64,000 nucleotides of DNA from assembly GCA_035546095.1 (NCBI GenBank), contig DASZXB010000088.1, positions 3,042 to 67,041 of the forward strand, in the 5' to 3' direction. A program made the position numbers and the translations under genes. The DNA comes from Verrucomicrobiia bacterium. GTDB taxonomy: Bacteria; Verrucomicrobiota; Verrucomicrobiia; Limisphaerales; UBA11358. The number at the start of each line of letters is the position of its first letter. Positions within the stretch are counted from its first letter, which is position 1. The notes below the pieces were generated by a model, which was not told where the DNA came from, made no database searches, and saw nothing but the letters and a program-made list of their open reading frames with translations. Positions 28,210 to 38,746 of this stretch are shown here, piece after piece.

Positions 28210-30476
28210 GACTTGTTGTCGAGCCGCTCAACGAGCGTGGCGAATTCGCCGAGATGTTTCTCCAAATCTGTGACCGCGTAATTTTCCGCGTCATTCAAAA
28301 GAGTGTGCGCATAAATCACCAGCGGCTGGCAGTGCCATTTGCGTCCCAAATCCTTCAAATCGCGGGCGAATAGCTTGCTTTCGTTGATGGCCACGCTGTC
28401 GCGGAGCGAAGGCCATGGCTCAACTTCCAGTTGGCGCAATCGCGAAACAAGTTCTTTTGGCGCGGGAGCTAAATCTTTTGAACTTTCCGGCGATTGTGCT
28501 TGGTTCTGGCCATTCTTTTCAATCTTGAGGTAATGTGGCAAAAATTCGGTGAGTTCTTCAAACAATTCGCGTTTGGAAAACGGTTTGCGGATGTAACCGC
28601 TGAATTGTATTTTCAAAGAACTTTCCTCGTCGGTCAAACTTGAGGCAGTGACCGCAATGATCGGAGTTAATTCGAGGCCGTTGGATTCGCGGATTTTCGC
28701 AAGCACTTCGCCGCCGCTGATGCCTGGCATCCGCACATCCAAAAGGATCACGTCCGGCTTGATTTCAAGCGCCTTGTGAATCGCCTCTTCGCCGTTTGAC
28801 GCGAAAACCAGACGATGATGCGAGCCGGCAAACATGGCCGCCATCAATTCGCAATTGGTTTCGTTGTCATCCACCACCAGTAAAATTGCCGGACGAAGTT
28901 CGTTAAAATCCACTTCGCCGTCGGGTAGCAATTTTTGTGAGGATGAAAGCCGCATGGAAATCGGCACGTTGGGGAATCGGAGATGGAAAGCCGATCCCTG
29001 ACTCATCATGCTTGAGACGGTAACTGTTCCACCCATTGTTTCGACCAGACGTTTGACGATGGAAAGTCCGAGACCGGAACCTTGCTTTTCCTTTTCGGGA
29101 TGAGCGCCGGCTTGAACAAATGGTTTGAAAATCGCGTCCAATCTGTCTTGAGGAATGCCCACGCCGGTGTCCAAAACTTCGATGATGAGTGTGACGTGAC
29201 TGCCCGCTTGCCGGCGTTCCCACAATATGCGAGTTTCGACGCTGCCCGTGTCTGTAAATTTAACGGCATTGCCGACGAGGTTGACCAAAATCTGGCGCAA
29301 ACGGATACGGTCAATCAGCAGCGCGCGTGGCAAATCTTCGGCAATATGACACTCCAATTTGAGACCTTTTTTAGCCGCCGGTTCGGAAAACAGCGTGCGG
29401 ATGAAATCGCAAAGTTCGCGCGGGTCGGTCGGTTCGGGATTCAATTCCATCACGCCGGCTTCGATTTTCGACATGTCGAGAATGTCGTTGATGAGTTGCA
29501 GCAGCGAACCAGCGCTGGAACGTATGGTGCGCAAATACTGACGATGTTTCGGGTCGCGTAAATCGCCCTCGAGCAATTCGCTGAATCCCAAAATGGCGTT
29601 CATCGGCGTGCGGATTTCATGGCTCACGTTGGCGAGGAAGACGGTCTTTTCCCGATTGCTTTGCTCGGCCTGCAATTTGGCCTCGACCAATTCGCGTTCG
29701 CGCAATTGATGTTTCAAAGTTACGCCCGACAGCCAAAGCGCCAATATGCCTGCGCCGATGCCGATGACGCCGGTGATAAGACTGGTTAAACTGGCACGCA
29801 GAAGACGACTTTTGATCTGCCCGCGCACGTCCAAACTTAAAGTGGAATACAATTGCGTCAGTTCATTCATCTGGGCGTTGATGCCGTCCATGATGTCCTT
29901 GCCGTCGCCATCAACTATCAATGTTGCCGCACGGTCGAAAGTGTGGCTACGCGCGTCAATAATGTCCTGCTGCCAGTTCAAGCTTAATTCTGCCTGTCCG
30001 CGAAGCTTGGTGATGCCTTTGAGCAATTGAGGATTGTCATGCGCCAGTTCGATCAAATGATCAAAATGTTTTGGCAGTTCGGCTTTGGCGGAATTGAACG
30101 GCGGCAGAAAATTTTTATCCTTCGTGATGACATATCCACGCACACCTCTTTCGGCGTCAAGCAACGAATTCTGGACTTTGTCTAATTCGCTGCCAAAGGA
30201 CATGATGTCCGCGCGGTTGTCAATCAATGTGAACAATTGAAACCAGCACACGCCCGCCAAAATCACACTGCCGACAGAGACCGCGAGCCACGCGATCATT
30301 GCCGTCTTGTAAAACCGGTTTCCGGGTTGTCGAGCCATACGCTCCTCTACTTTAGGCCAGGAATCCAAAGGCCGCACGCGAAAAACAACCCATGTTTTAA
30401 GCCAACTAATCAGGCCTTCCTGATTGGTTTTTCCGGCAGATTTGACGGAGTATTTCCTTTGGAAACCGTTAGTCAT
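28206..30476 (-). CDS. hybrid sensor histidine kinase with a CHASE3 sensor, a receiver and a C-terminal helical (possibly HPt-like) tail
   Basis: The CHASE3-like periplasmic region (LLDAERGVRGYVITKDKNFLPPF) follows the first TM helix. H-box SHEIRTPMN, HATPase boxes, REC (VILLDVRMPG) and about 120 extra C-terminal residues. It overlaps the next gene by 4 nt. Confidence 0.88.
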   Translation of the reverse strand: MTNGFQRKYSVKSAGKTNQEGLISWLKTWVVFRVRPLDSWPKVEERMARQPGNRFYKTAMIAWLAVSVGSVILAGVCWFQLFTLIDNRADIMSFGSELDKVQNSLLDAERGVRGYVITKDKNFLPPFNSAKAELPKHFDHLIELAHDNPQLLKGITKLRGQAELSLNWQQDIIDARSHTFDRAATLIVDGDGKDIMDGINAQMNELTQLYSTLSLDVRGQIKSRLLRASLTSLITGVIGIGAGILALWLSGVTLKHQLRERELVEAKLQAEQSNREKTVFLANVSHEIRTPMNAILGFSELLEGDLRDPKHRQYLRTIRSSAGSLLQLINDILDMSKIEAGVMELNPEPTDPRELCDFIRTLFSEPAAKKGLKLECHIAEDLPRALLIDRIRLRQILVNLVGNAVKFTDTGSVETRILWERRQAGSHVTLIIEVLDTGVGIPQDRLDAIFKPFVQAGAHPEKEKQGSGLGLSIVKRLVETMGGTVTVSSMMSQGSAFHLRFPNVPISMRLSSSQKLLPDGEVDFNELRPAILLVVDDNETNCELMAAMFAGSHHRLVFASNGEEAIHKALEIKPDVILLDVRMPGISGGEVLAKIRESNGLELTPIIAVTASSLTDEESSLKIQFSGYIRKPFSKRELFEELTEFLPHYLKIEKNGQNQAQSPESSKDLAPAPKELVSRLRQLEVEPWPSLRDSVAINESKLFARDLKDLGRKWHCQPLVIYAHTLLNDAENYAVTDLEKHLGEFATLVERLDNKS

Positions 30477-30880
30477 GAGGAACTTCCTTTAACGGATTGG
30501 GATTTGATCAAGACCTTGCTTGCGTAACGGCTTTCTGCCGCGCAGAAATTTTGGCTTTGGTCTTGCTCCATAAAATCTCTCTGATTGGACGAAAGGATTC
30601 CGGTGAAAATGATTTACTGTTTGGCCCGACCTCTCGTTTGAAAATTCTTAGCTTGCAGCGTGCCTGTTTCGTATTTTGCACGATTTCCAATGCCTGCTTA
30701 CATCTGCAAATAAACGGCTTAAATATTGGCCGAATGAGGATATGCGACTTGCAATCCGGCGCGAAAAGAGAATTGCAGTTTGCAATCGTCCGGTGGTGTG
30801 ACGATTAAAAAATCTTTCAGAAAATGGTTGCGATTGAAAACGCACCTGATAAAATCTTCGTTCAATTTTTTAACAACGAA

Positions 30881-31279
30881 ATGCCGACAATCAATCAACT
30901 CGTTCGCAAAGGCCGACGCAAAGTGAAATATAAATCCAAGTCGCCCGCCTTGGAGAATTCCCCGTTTCGCCGCGGTGTGTGCATTCAAGTTATGACCCGC
31001 ACACCCAAGAAACCGAATTCGGCCATGCGTAAAGTTGCCAAAGTCCGCTTGACGAACGGTTACGAAGTCATCGCCTACATTCCCGATGAAGGCCACAATT
31101 TGCAGGAACATTCCATCGTGCTCGTGCGCGGCGGACGCGTGAAGGATTTGCCCGGTGTGCGTTATCACATCGTGCGCGGCACACTCGACGCCGCCGGCGT
31201 GGAAAAACGCCGCGTGAGCCGTTCCAAATACGGTGTGAAAAAACCGAAGGAAAAAGCCGCCGCCGCTCCGGCCAAGTAA
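30881..31279 (+). CDS. rpsL: 30S ribosomal protein S12
   Basis: [15 protein letters not shown]...[11 protein letters not shown]. Confidence 0.97.
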   Translation: MPTINQLVRKGRRKVKYKSKSPALENSPFRRGVCIQVMTRTPKKPNSAMRKVAKVRLTNGYEVIAYIPDEGHNLQEHSIVLVRGGRVKDLPGVRYHIVRGTLDAAGVEKRRVSRSKYGVKKPKEKAAAAPAK

Positions 31280-31292
31280 TTTGCAAAACAAA

Positions 31293-31374
31293 AATGGAAA
31301 ATAGAGAATTGAAGATGGAAATTCGCGCGAACAATTTTGATTTTGCCATTGTCCATCTTCCACTTTCAATCCTC
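31293..31374. repeat. imperfect inverted repeat (family D) in the rpsL-rpsG spacer
   Basis: gagaattgaagatgga (31304..31319) pairs with tccatcttc..ttcaatcctc (31352..31374). The core is 9 bp perfect, with an extended arm containing one mismatch and a bulge. It is built from (a/g)atgga(a) units. Confidence 0.6.
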
Positions 31375-31385
31375 GCTTAAAAAAT

Positions 31386-31859
31386 ATGTCCCGCAGACGT
31401 CAAGCCACTAAAAGACCCGCGACCAAAGACGGAAAATTCCACAGCGCTTTGGTTTCGCGCTTGGTGAACACCGTAATGATTTCCGGCAAGAAAAGCACCG
31501 CCCAACGCATCGTTTATGGCGCGTTCGATTCCATTTCGGAAAAAAATCCGGCCAGCAATCCAATTGAAATTTTGCAGCGCGCCGTGGACAATGCCAAGCC
31601 GCGCATCGAGACAAAAGCCCGCCGCGTCGGTGGTGCGACATATCAGGTTCCAATGGAAATTCCCACCGATCGCCAGAATGCTTTGGCGTTGCGCTGGATT
31701 GTGGATTTTGCCGATGCCCGCAAAGGAACGCCGATGCGCGACGCGCTCGCGTCCGAAATCATGGAAGCCTATCAAGGGCAGGGGAATGCTATCCGCAAAC
31801 GCGACGAAGTTCACAAGATGGCGCAGGCGAATAAAGCGTTCGCTCATTTCCGCTGGTAA
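31386..31859 (+). CDS. rpsG: 30S ribosomal protein S7
   Basis: MSRRRQATKR...; conserved S7 sequence throughout. Confidence 0.97.
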   Translation: MSRRRQATKRPATKDGKFHSALVSRLVNTVMISGKKSTAQRIVYGAFDSISEKNPASNPIEILQRAVDNAKPRIETKARRVGGATYQVPMEIPTDRQNALALRWIVDFADARKGTPMRDALASEIMEAYQGQGNAIRKRDEVHKMAQANKAFAHFRW

Positions 31860-31878
31860 AAGGATTTTCTCTACAAAA

Positions 31879-31906
31879 GCCGAGGTTGAAAAACTTCGGC
31901 TTTTTT
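31879..31906 (+). terminator. intrinsic terminator directly after rpsG
   Basis: gccgaggtt-gaaa-aacttcggc followed by tttttt. Confidence 0.7.
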
Positions 31907-31936
31907 ACTTTCGCCTGCAAAGAACGGCTTTCTAGC

Positions 31937-32176
31937 TCAATCTAAATGCGGGCCAAATTGCTGTCCGCCAAACTCTACGCACGCCATAATGTCAGCTCGT
32001 GTCAACTGCGGAAAATCCGCTAAAATCTGATTAAAGGTTCGGCCTGCTCCCAGCCGACCAATAATCTCAAAAACCGTAATCGGCAAACCACGAATACACG
32101 GTTCGCCATTTCTCACTTGCGGGTCATAAGTGATGTATCGCTGATAATCCATGGGCGGTATTATGGCATTTCTCAA
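31937..32176 (-). CDS. DUF433 domain protein (antitoxin-like HTH)
   Basis: YITYDPQVRNGEPCIRGLPITVFEIIGRLGAGRTFNQILADFPQLTRADIMACVEF matches the DUF433 pattern. Confidence 0.8.
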   Translation of the reverse strand: MRNAIIPPMDYQRYITYDPQVRNGEPCIRGLPITVFEIIGRLGAGRTFNQILADFPQLTRADIMACVEFGGQQFGPHLD

Positions 32177-32201
32177 TTGTTTGCTTCCACGACGGCAATA
32201 A

Positions 32202-32230
32202 TACTTGACTATAGAAAAGTATCAGTCAAG
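32202..32230. promoter_or_regulatory. perfect 8-bp inverted repeat (candidate operator) between the divergent DUF433 and XRE genes
   Basis: ACTTGACT-n13-AGTCAAGT. The left arm contains a TTGACT -35-like hexamer. Confidence 0.4.
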
Positions 32231-32254
32231 TGAATTTTCCTGCCATGTTGCCAT

Positions 32255-32539
32255 GTGCCTGTGCCGAACTATTATGAAGCCATTCGCGCTGAGATTATCT
32301 GTCGTCTGCGTGAGGAACGGCTGCGCCGGAAACTTTCCAATTACGCCATCGCGCAAAATTCCGGCGTGTCCGAATCCATGTTGAGTTTGGTCGAACGGGG
32401 ATTACGCAATCCGACGATGGAACTTTTATTGCGGATTGCCGACGGCATCGGTGTTGATTTGGCTGATATTACCAAACAGGCGCAGGCGACGGTCTTGAAG
32501 AAAAATTTCAAGCAAAAAAGCAAGGCTTCTCCTATTTGA
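32255..32539 (+). CDS. XRE-family helix-turn-helix transcriptional regulator
   Basis: LRRKLSNYAIAQNSGVSESMLSLVERGLRNPTMELLLRIADGIGV is a classic HTH_3 pattern. GTG start. Confidence 0.8.
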   Translation: MPVPNYYEAIRAEIICRLREERLRRKLSNYAIAQNSGVSESMLSLVERGLRNPTMELLLRIADGIGVDLADITKQAQATVLKKNFKQKSKASPI

Positions 32540-32931
32540 TTGGTTTATCCATGAAACTTTTCAATTTGAATTTCTCCAGATTTGGCGTATTGGTATCTCC
32601 TCGGCAGCGTGGGACGATTCGTGACAACGCATCCGCTGCTGAAATGATGAATCTCAACACAACGAAAATGCCGTGGCTTCGGTGGGTGACAATTTGTCGC
32701 TCGTGCTGAATCTGGGTTGATGTTTGTTGACACCTTCACGGTTGTTGGTTGGCGTGGGAGCGCAACCGGCAATTTTCAAATGTCCGACATCCTGCGCCAA
32801 ATGTTTTGGGCGCACCTGAATTTCATTTAGAAATTGATTGCTTCGGCTCGCCATTCGCGTATTATCCACGCTCCTTTTTGTTTATTAACAACGGGAATTT
32901 TGCAGTTTTAGCAGATAGAAAATTAGATTTT

Positions 32932-35118
<2,187 letters not shown>

Positions 35119-35135
35119 TTGAAGTTCTTGTTCTC

Positions 35136-35170
35136 GCGGAGTTTGACTGAAAATCAAACTCCGCTTTTTT
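35136..35170 (+). terminator. intrinsic terminator after fusA (between convergent fusA and cysN)
   Basis: gcggagtttga-ctgaaaa-tcaaactccgc followed by tttttt. Confidence 0.75.
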
Positions 35171-35172
35171 AT

Positions 35173-36492
35173 TTATATCGCGAAATCGTTATATTCCGGT
35201 TTCACGGCTTCGGCAGGCGGAAACAACATACCGGCGGCGACGGTCGCGTTCGAGCCTTGTTCAATCAAAATGAACGAGCCGGTCAAACGATTTGTGCTGT
35301 AACCGTCAAACACGATGGGTTTGGAAGTTTTCAGACGAATCGCGCCGATGTCGTTCATCGCCAGTGCGGATGGGTTTGGTTCGGGTTCAAGCGTCTCCAT
35401 GTCCACGCGATTTTCGATTTGCGTGACGACAGCCTGCGCCGTTTGTGTGGCGTGTTTGAGAAAATACTTTTTGCCGGCTTGCAACGGACGCTGGTGCATC
35501 CAGCAAATGCGCGCGTGCAACTCCGCGCTGTGGCCGGGCAGATTTTCCGGTCCGACAATCACGTCGCCGCGGCTCACATCAATATCGTGCGCGAGGCAGA
35601 GTGTCACCGATTGCGGGCAAAACGCTTCGGCCAGCGAACTGTCATAAGTCCAGATTTCCTTGATGTTCGTTTTCAATCCGATGGGCAGCACGACGACTTC
35701 CTGACCTTGCCACACGATGCCGCTGGCGATTTGACCGCTCAAGCCGCGAAAGTCGTGCAATTTTTTGTCCGTCGGATTGTTCGGGCGATTCACCCATTGC
35801 ACGGGAAACCGCAGCGTGTTCAGATTCCAATCGCTCGCGATGTGGACGGTTTCCAGATGCGCGAGCAGCGTCGGGCCGGGATACCACGGTGAATTTTTTG
35901 AAGCGTCCACGACGTTGTCGCCGTTGAGCGCGCTGATGGGAATGAATTTCACGTCGCGGAAGACGTCGAGCTTCGGCAGAAAATCCTCGATCTCATCGCG
36001 AATTTCCTGAAATCGTTCCTCGCTCCAATCCACCAAATCCATTTTGTTGATGGCGATGACGAGGTGCGGAATGCCGAGCAACGCGGCGATGTAAATGTGC
36101 CGGCGCGTTTGCTCGATGACACCTTGCCGCGCGTCCACGAGCACGATGGACAAATTGGCCGTGCTCGCACCCGTGACCATGTTGCGCGTGTATTGCACGT
36201 GACCCGGCGTGTCGGCGACAATGAATTTTCGTTTTGGCGTCGCAAAATAGCGATACGCCACATCAATCGTGATGCCTTGCTCGCGTTCGGCACGCAAACC
36301 GTCGGTGAGATTTGCCAGATTGATTTGTCCACCGCCAGTAATGTCCGCGCTGCGTTCGAGCGCTTCAATCTGGTCTTCCATCAGCGATTTGGAATCGTAA
36401 AGCAACCGGCCGATGAGCGTGGATTTACCATCGTCAACACTGCCGCAAGTGTTAAACCGCAAAATTTCGATTGGATGCTGTGTGTGAGGCAT
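35173..36492 (-). CDS. cysN: sulfate adenylyltransferase subunit 1 (GTPase), no APS-kinase domain
   Basis: GSVDDGKSTLIGRLL, DTPGH, NKMD. At 439 aa it lacks a CysC fusion. Confidence 0.93.
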   Translation of the reverse strand: MPHTQHPIEILRFNTCGSVDDGKSTLIGRLLYDSKSLMEDQIEALERSADITGGGQINLANLTDGLRAEREQGITIDVAYRYFATPKRKFIVADTPGHVQYTRNMVTGASTANLSIVLVDARQGVIEQTRRHIYIAALLGIPHLVIAINKMDLVDWSEERFQEIRDEIEDFLPKLDVFRDVKFIPISALNGDNVVDASKNSPWYPGPTLLAHLETVHIASDWNLNTLRFPVQWVNRPNNPTDKKLHDFRGLSGQIASGIVWQGQEVVVLPIGLKTNIKEIWTYDSSLAEAFCPQSVTLCLAHDIDVSRGDVIVGPENLPGHSAELHARICWMHQRPLQAGKKYFLKHATQTAQAVVTQIENRVDMETLEPEPNPSALAMNDIGAIRLKTSKPIVFDGYSTNRLTGSFILIEQGSNATVAAGMLFPPAEAVKPEYNDFAI

Positions 36493-36504
36493 GAAATTAA
36501 AAAT

Positions 36505-37065
36505 TCAATTCACTTTATCAAATTGCTCTAATCGTTTCCGAATTGCTGATTCAACTTTTTCGTATTGTCCTTTCACTTTCATTGCAATTTCACTTCTCTT
36601 TTGAATATCTTCATGTTTCAGCACATCCTGTTTCAATTCTGTCGCTAACCAAAAAGCCAAAGTTGAAAATTCACTCAATTCAACTCGAACTTCGTCTGAA
36701 TAAAATGGCTTATTTTGGTCAATAATGTTTGATAGTTGAGAATGGGATTGCTGCCAAGATTCTCGGCTGAGTTTCTTTACACCATCAGTCAAGTTTTTTC
36801 CCCATCCAAAAGCCGCAAGAGATTCCAAATAAAATTGATAAATTGCTTTCCAAACTTCTCGATAAATTTCCATTTCTCGTTCATAACGCACTCGACTGAA
36901 GTGGCTACGATTTGCCAATTCAGTTTTGATTTCTTCTTGCGTCCGTGTAATTCTTGCAATGTCTTCTTTGGTCGCAAAATTTTCACCCTTCTTGCGAAAA
37001 TAAGCGCCCAAAAAAGCACAAATGCCGACAATAATTACGGAAATAATTGTTTGTTCCGAAGTCAT
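36505..37065 (-). CDS. hypothetical N-terminally anchored helical protein (AT-rich insert between cysD and cysN)
   Basis: 186-aa ORF with one N-terminal TM helix and then a charged helical region. It starts 1 nt after the cysD stop and ends 12 nt before the cysN ATG. Composition is much more AT-rich than either neighbour. Confidence 0.6.
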   Translation of the reverse strand: MTSEQTIISVIIVGICAFLGAYFRKKGENFATKEDIARITRTQEEIKTELANRSHFSRVRYEREMEIYREVWKAIYQFYLESLAAFGWGKNLTDGVKKLSRESWQQSHSQLSNIIDQNKPFYSDEVRVELSEFSTLAFWLATELKQDVLKHEDIQKRSEIAMKVKGQYEKVESAIRKRLEQFDKVN

Positions 37066-37066
37066 T

Positions 37067-37969
37067 TCAGAAATAACCAGCTTTTTTTCTATCTTCCATC
37101 GCTGCTTCGCTGGCTTTGTCGTCGGCGCGCGAACCGCGTTCGGTCACGCGCGCGGCGGCGATTTCTGCTATGATGTCGTCCACAGAATCCGCCGGCGATT
37201 CGACCAGACCGGTACTGATAATGTCGCCAATCGTGCGCACGCGCACGACGAGTTCCTGAACTTTTTCCTTCGGCTTGGGCGGCAGCAAATCCGTGACCGG
37301 CAGCCATTGGCCGTTGCGCCGGACGCATTGGCGTTTGTGGCTGAAATAAATCGTCGGCACGGCGAGTTTTTCTTTTTTGATGTATTCCCAAACGTCCATT
37401 TCCGTCCAATTGCTCAACGGAAACACACGCATGTGCTCGCCGGGATTCACGCGCGCGTTGTAAAGATTCCAAATTTCCGGCCGTTGATTTTTCGGGTCCC
37501 ATTGGCCGAACGAATCGCGGAACGAAAAAAATCGTTCCTTCGCGCGCGCTTTTTCCTCGTCGCGCCGCGCGCCGCCAATCAAACAATCGAATTGAAATTC
37601 TTCAATCGCCGCGAGCAACGTGGGAATTTGCAATTTGTTCCGGCTGATTTCGCCGGGATTCGGAACGGCGATTCCGTTTTTAATCGCATCTTCAACTTTG
37701 CGGACGATGAGCTTTGCGCCGAGTTCTTTGGCGCGCTTGTCGCGAAATTCATTCAACTCGGGAAAATGATGGCCGGTGTCCACATTGAGCAACGGCATTG
37801 GAATGTCCGATGGACGAAATGCCTTTTCCGCGAGGCGCAGCAGGCAGATGGAATCTTTGCCGCCGGAAAATAAAATGGCCGGACGCTCAAATTCGGCGGC
37901 GACTTCACGCATGATGTGAATCGCTTCCGTTTCGAGAAACTGCAAATGGTCTAAGTGATAACTGCTCAT
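37067..37969 (-). CDS. cysD: sulfate adenylyltransferase subunit 2
   Basis: LFSGGKDS PP-loop; strongly CysD-like throughout. Confidence 0.95.
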   Translation of the reverse strand: MSSYHLDHLQFLETEAIHIMREVAAEFERPAILFSGGKDSICLLRLAEKAFRPSDIPMPLLNVDTGHHFPELNEFRDKRAKELGAKLIVRKVEDAIKNGIAVPNPGEISRNKLQIPTLLAAIEEFQFDCLIGGARRDEEKARAKERFFSFRDSFGQWDPKNQRPEIWNLYNARVNPGEHMRVFPLSNWTEMDVWEYIKKEKLAVPTIYFSHKRQCVRRNGQWLPVTDLLPPKPKEKVQELVVRVRTIGDIISTGLVESPADSVDDIIAEIAAARVTERGSRADDKASEAAMEDRKKAGYF

Positions 37970-37977
37970 GAATTATC

Positions 37978-38050
37978 GGCCACAGATTAAACACGGATTA
38001 AACACGGAAGAAAATTTTTATCTGTGTTCAATCTGTGTTTCATCCGTGGC
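37978..38050. repeat. family A palindromic (REP-like) element, full copy
   Basis: The arms ggccacagattaaacacggattaaacacgga and tctgtgttcaatctgtgtttcatccgtggc are imperfect reverse complements around an A/T loop. It lies between cysH and cysD. Confidence 0.75.
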
Positions 38051-38055
38051 TAAAA

Positions 38056-38724
38056 TTAAATGCCTGCGCCGCTTTCAACGGCTTTGCCGCCCCAGCTTGC
38101 ATGCAGACCGCACTCGCGTTTGTCGTCCGCTTTTGCCGGATCAAAATAATCCCATTCGTTTGGCAAATTATGTTGTTTCAAATAATTTTCCATGTCCGCG
38201 TCGCTCCAATAAAAAACCGGACTAACTTTCAACGCGCCGAAATTTTTATCTTCGGAAACAATATCCAATTCCGCACGATTTGGATTTTGCACTTTGCGCA
38301 ACGCCGTGATCCAAACCGTCGGCGCGAGTTCTTTCACGCCACGTTGAAACGGTTCGAGTTTCATCAACGCGCTGAATTGTTTCAAACCGGCTTCGTCATC
38401 GGTTGTTGGAATTTCACCATAAATGGCGTCGCGATGCGCGGTAGAAATTTTTGGCAGAAACGGCTTGAGATTCAGTTTGAGCAATTTTGTCAACTGTTCA
38501 GCGTGTTTGTAAGTGGCCGGACGATTGTAGCCGTGATCAACCCACAAAACCGGAATGTCCGGTTGGACTTGCACACACAAATGTAAAATCACGACTTCGT
38601 AAGGGCGAAAATTAGTCGAGACAATCGCGCGGCCTTTGGCTTGTGTAATCGCCCACTTCACAATTTCGAGCGGCGATTGGTTTCGTAGTTCGGAGTTGGC
38701 TTTGGAAATTTGTTCTACGGTCAT
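38056..38724 (-). CDS. cysH: phosphoadenosine phosphosulfate (PAPS/APS) reductase
   Basis: PAPS_reduct fold with the C-terminal ECGLH motif. No CC..CxxC Fe-S motif was seen. Confidence 0.9.
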   Translation of the reverse strand: MTVEQISKANSELRNQSPLEIVKWAITQAKGRAIVSTNFRPYEVVILHLCVQVQPDIPVLWVDHGYNRPATYKHAEQLTKLLKLNLKPFLPKISTAHRDAIYGEIPTTDDEAGLKQFSALMKLEPFQRGVKELAPTVWITALRKVQNPNRAELDIVSEDKNFGALKVSPVFYWSDADMENYLKQHNLPNEWDYFDPAKADDKRECGLHASWGGKAVESGAGI

Positions 38725-38746
38725 GGAATAAAAGTTGTCAAAGCAG

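Noticed and set aside
32545-32772. 75-aa minus-strand ORF downstream of the XRE gene as a toxin partner.
   Set aside because: The translation is Pro/Arg/Thr-rich with no recognisable fold or motif, there is no RBS, and it is convergent with the XRE gene rather than in an operon with it.
37978-38050. Possibility that the hairpin repeats represent a CRISPR array.
   Set aside because: The copies are isolated inverted repeats. They are not direct repeats regularly interspaced by unique spacers, and there are no cas genes.
38056-38724. Flagging CysH (PAPS-type, no Fe-S motif) as inconsistent with the absence of an APS kinase (cysC).
   Set aside because: cysC may simply lie elsewhere in the genome. 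This cannot be judged from one window.
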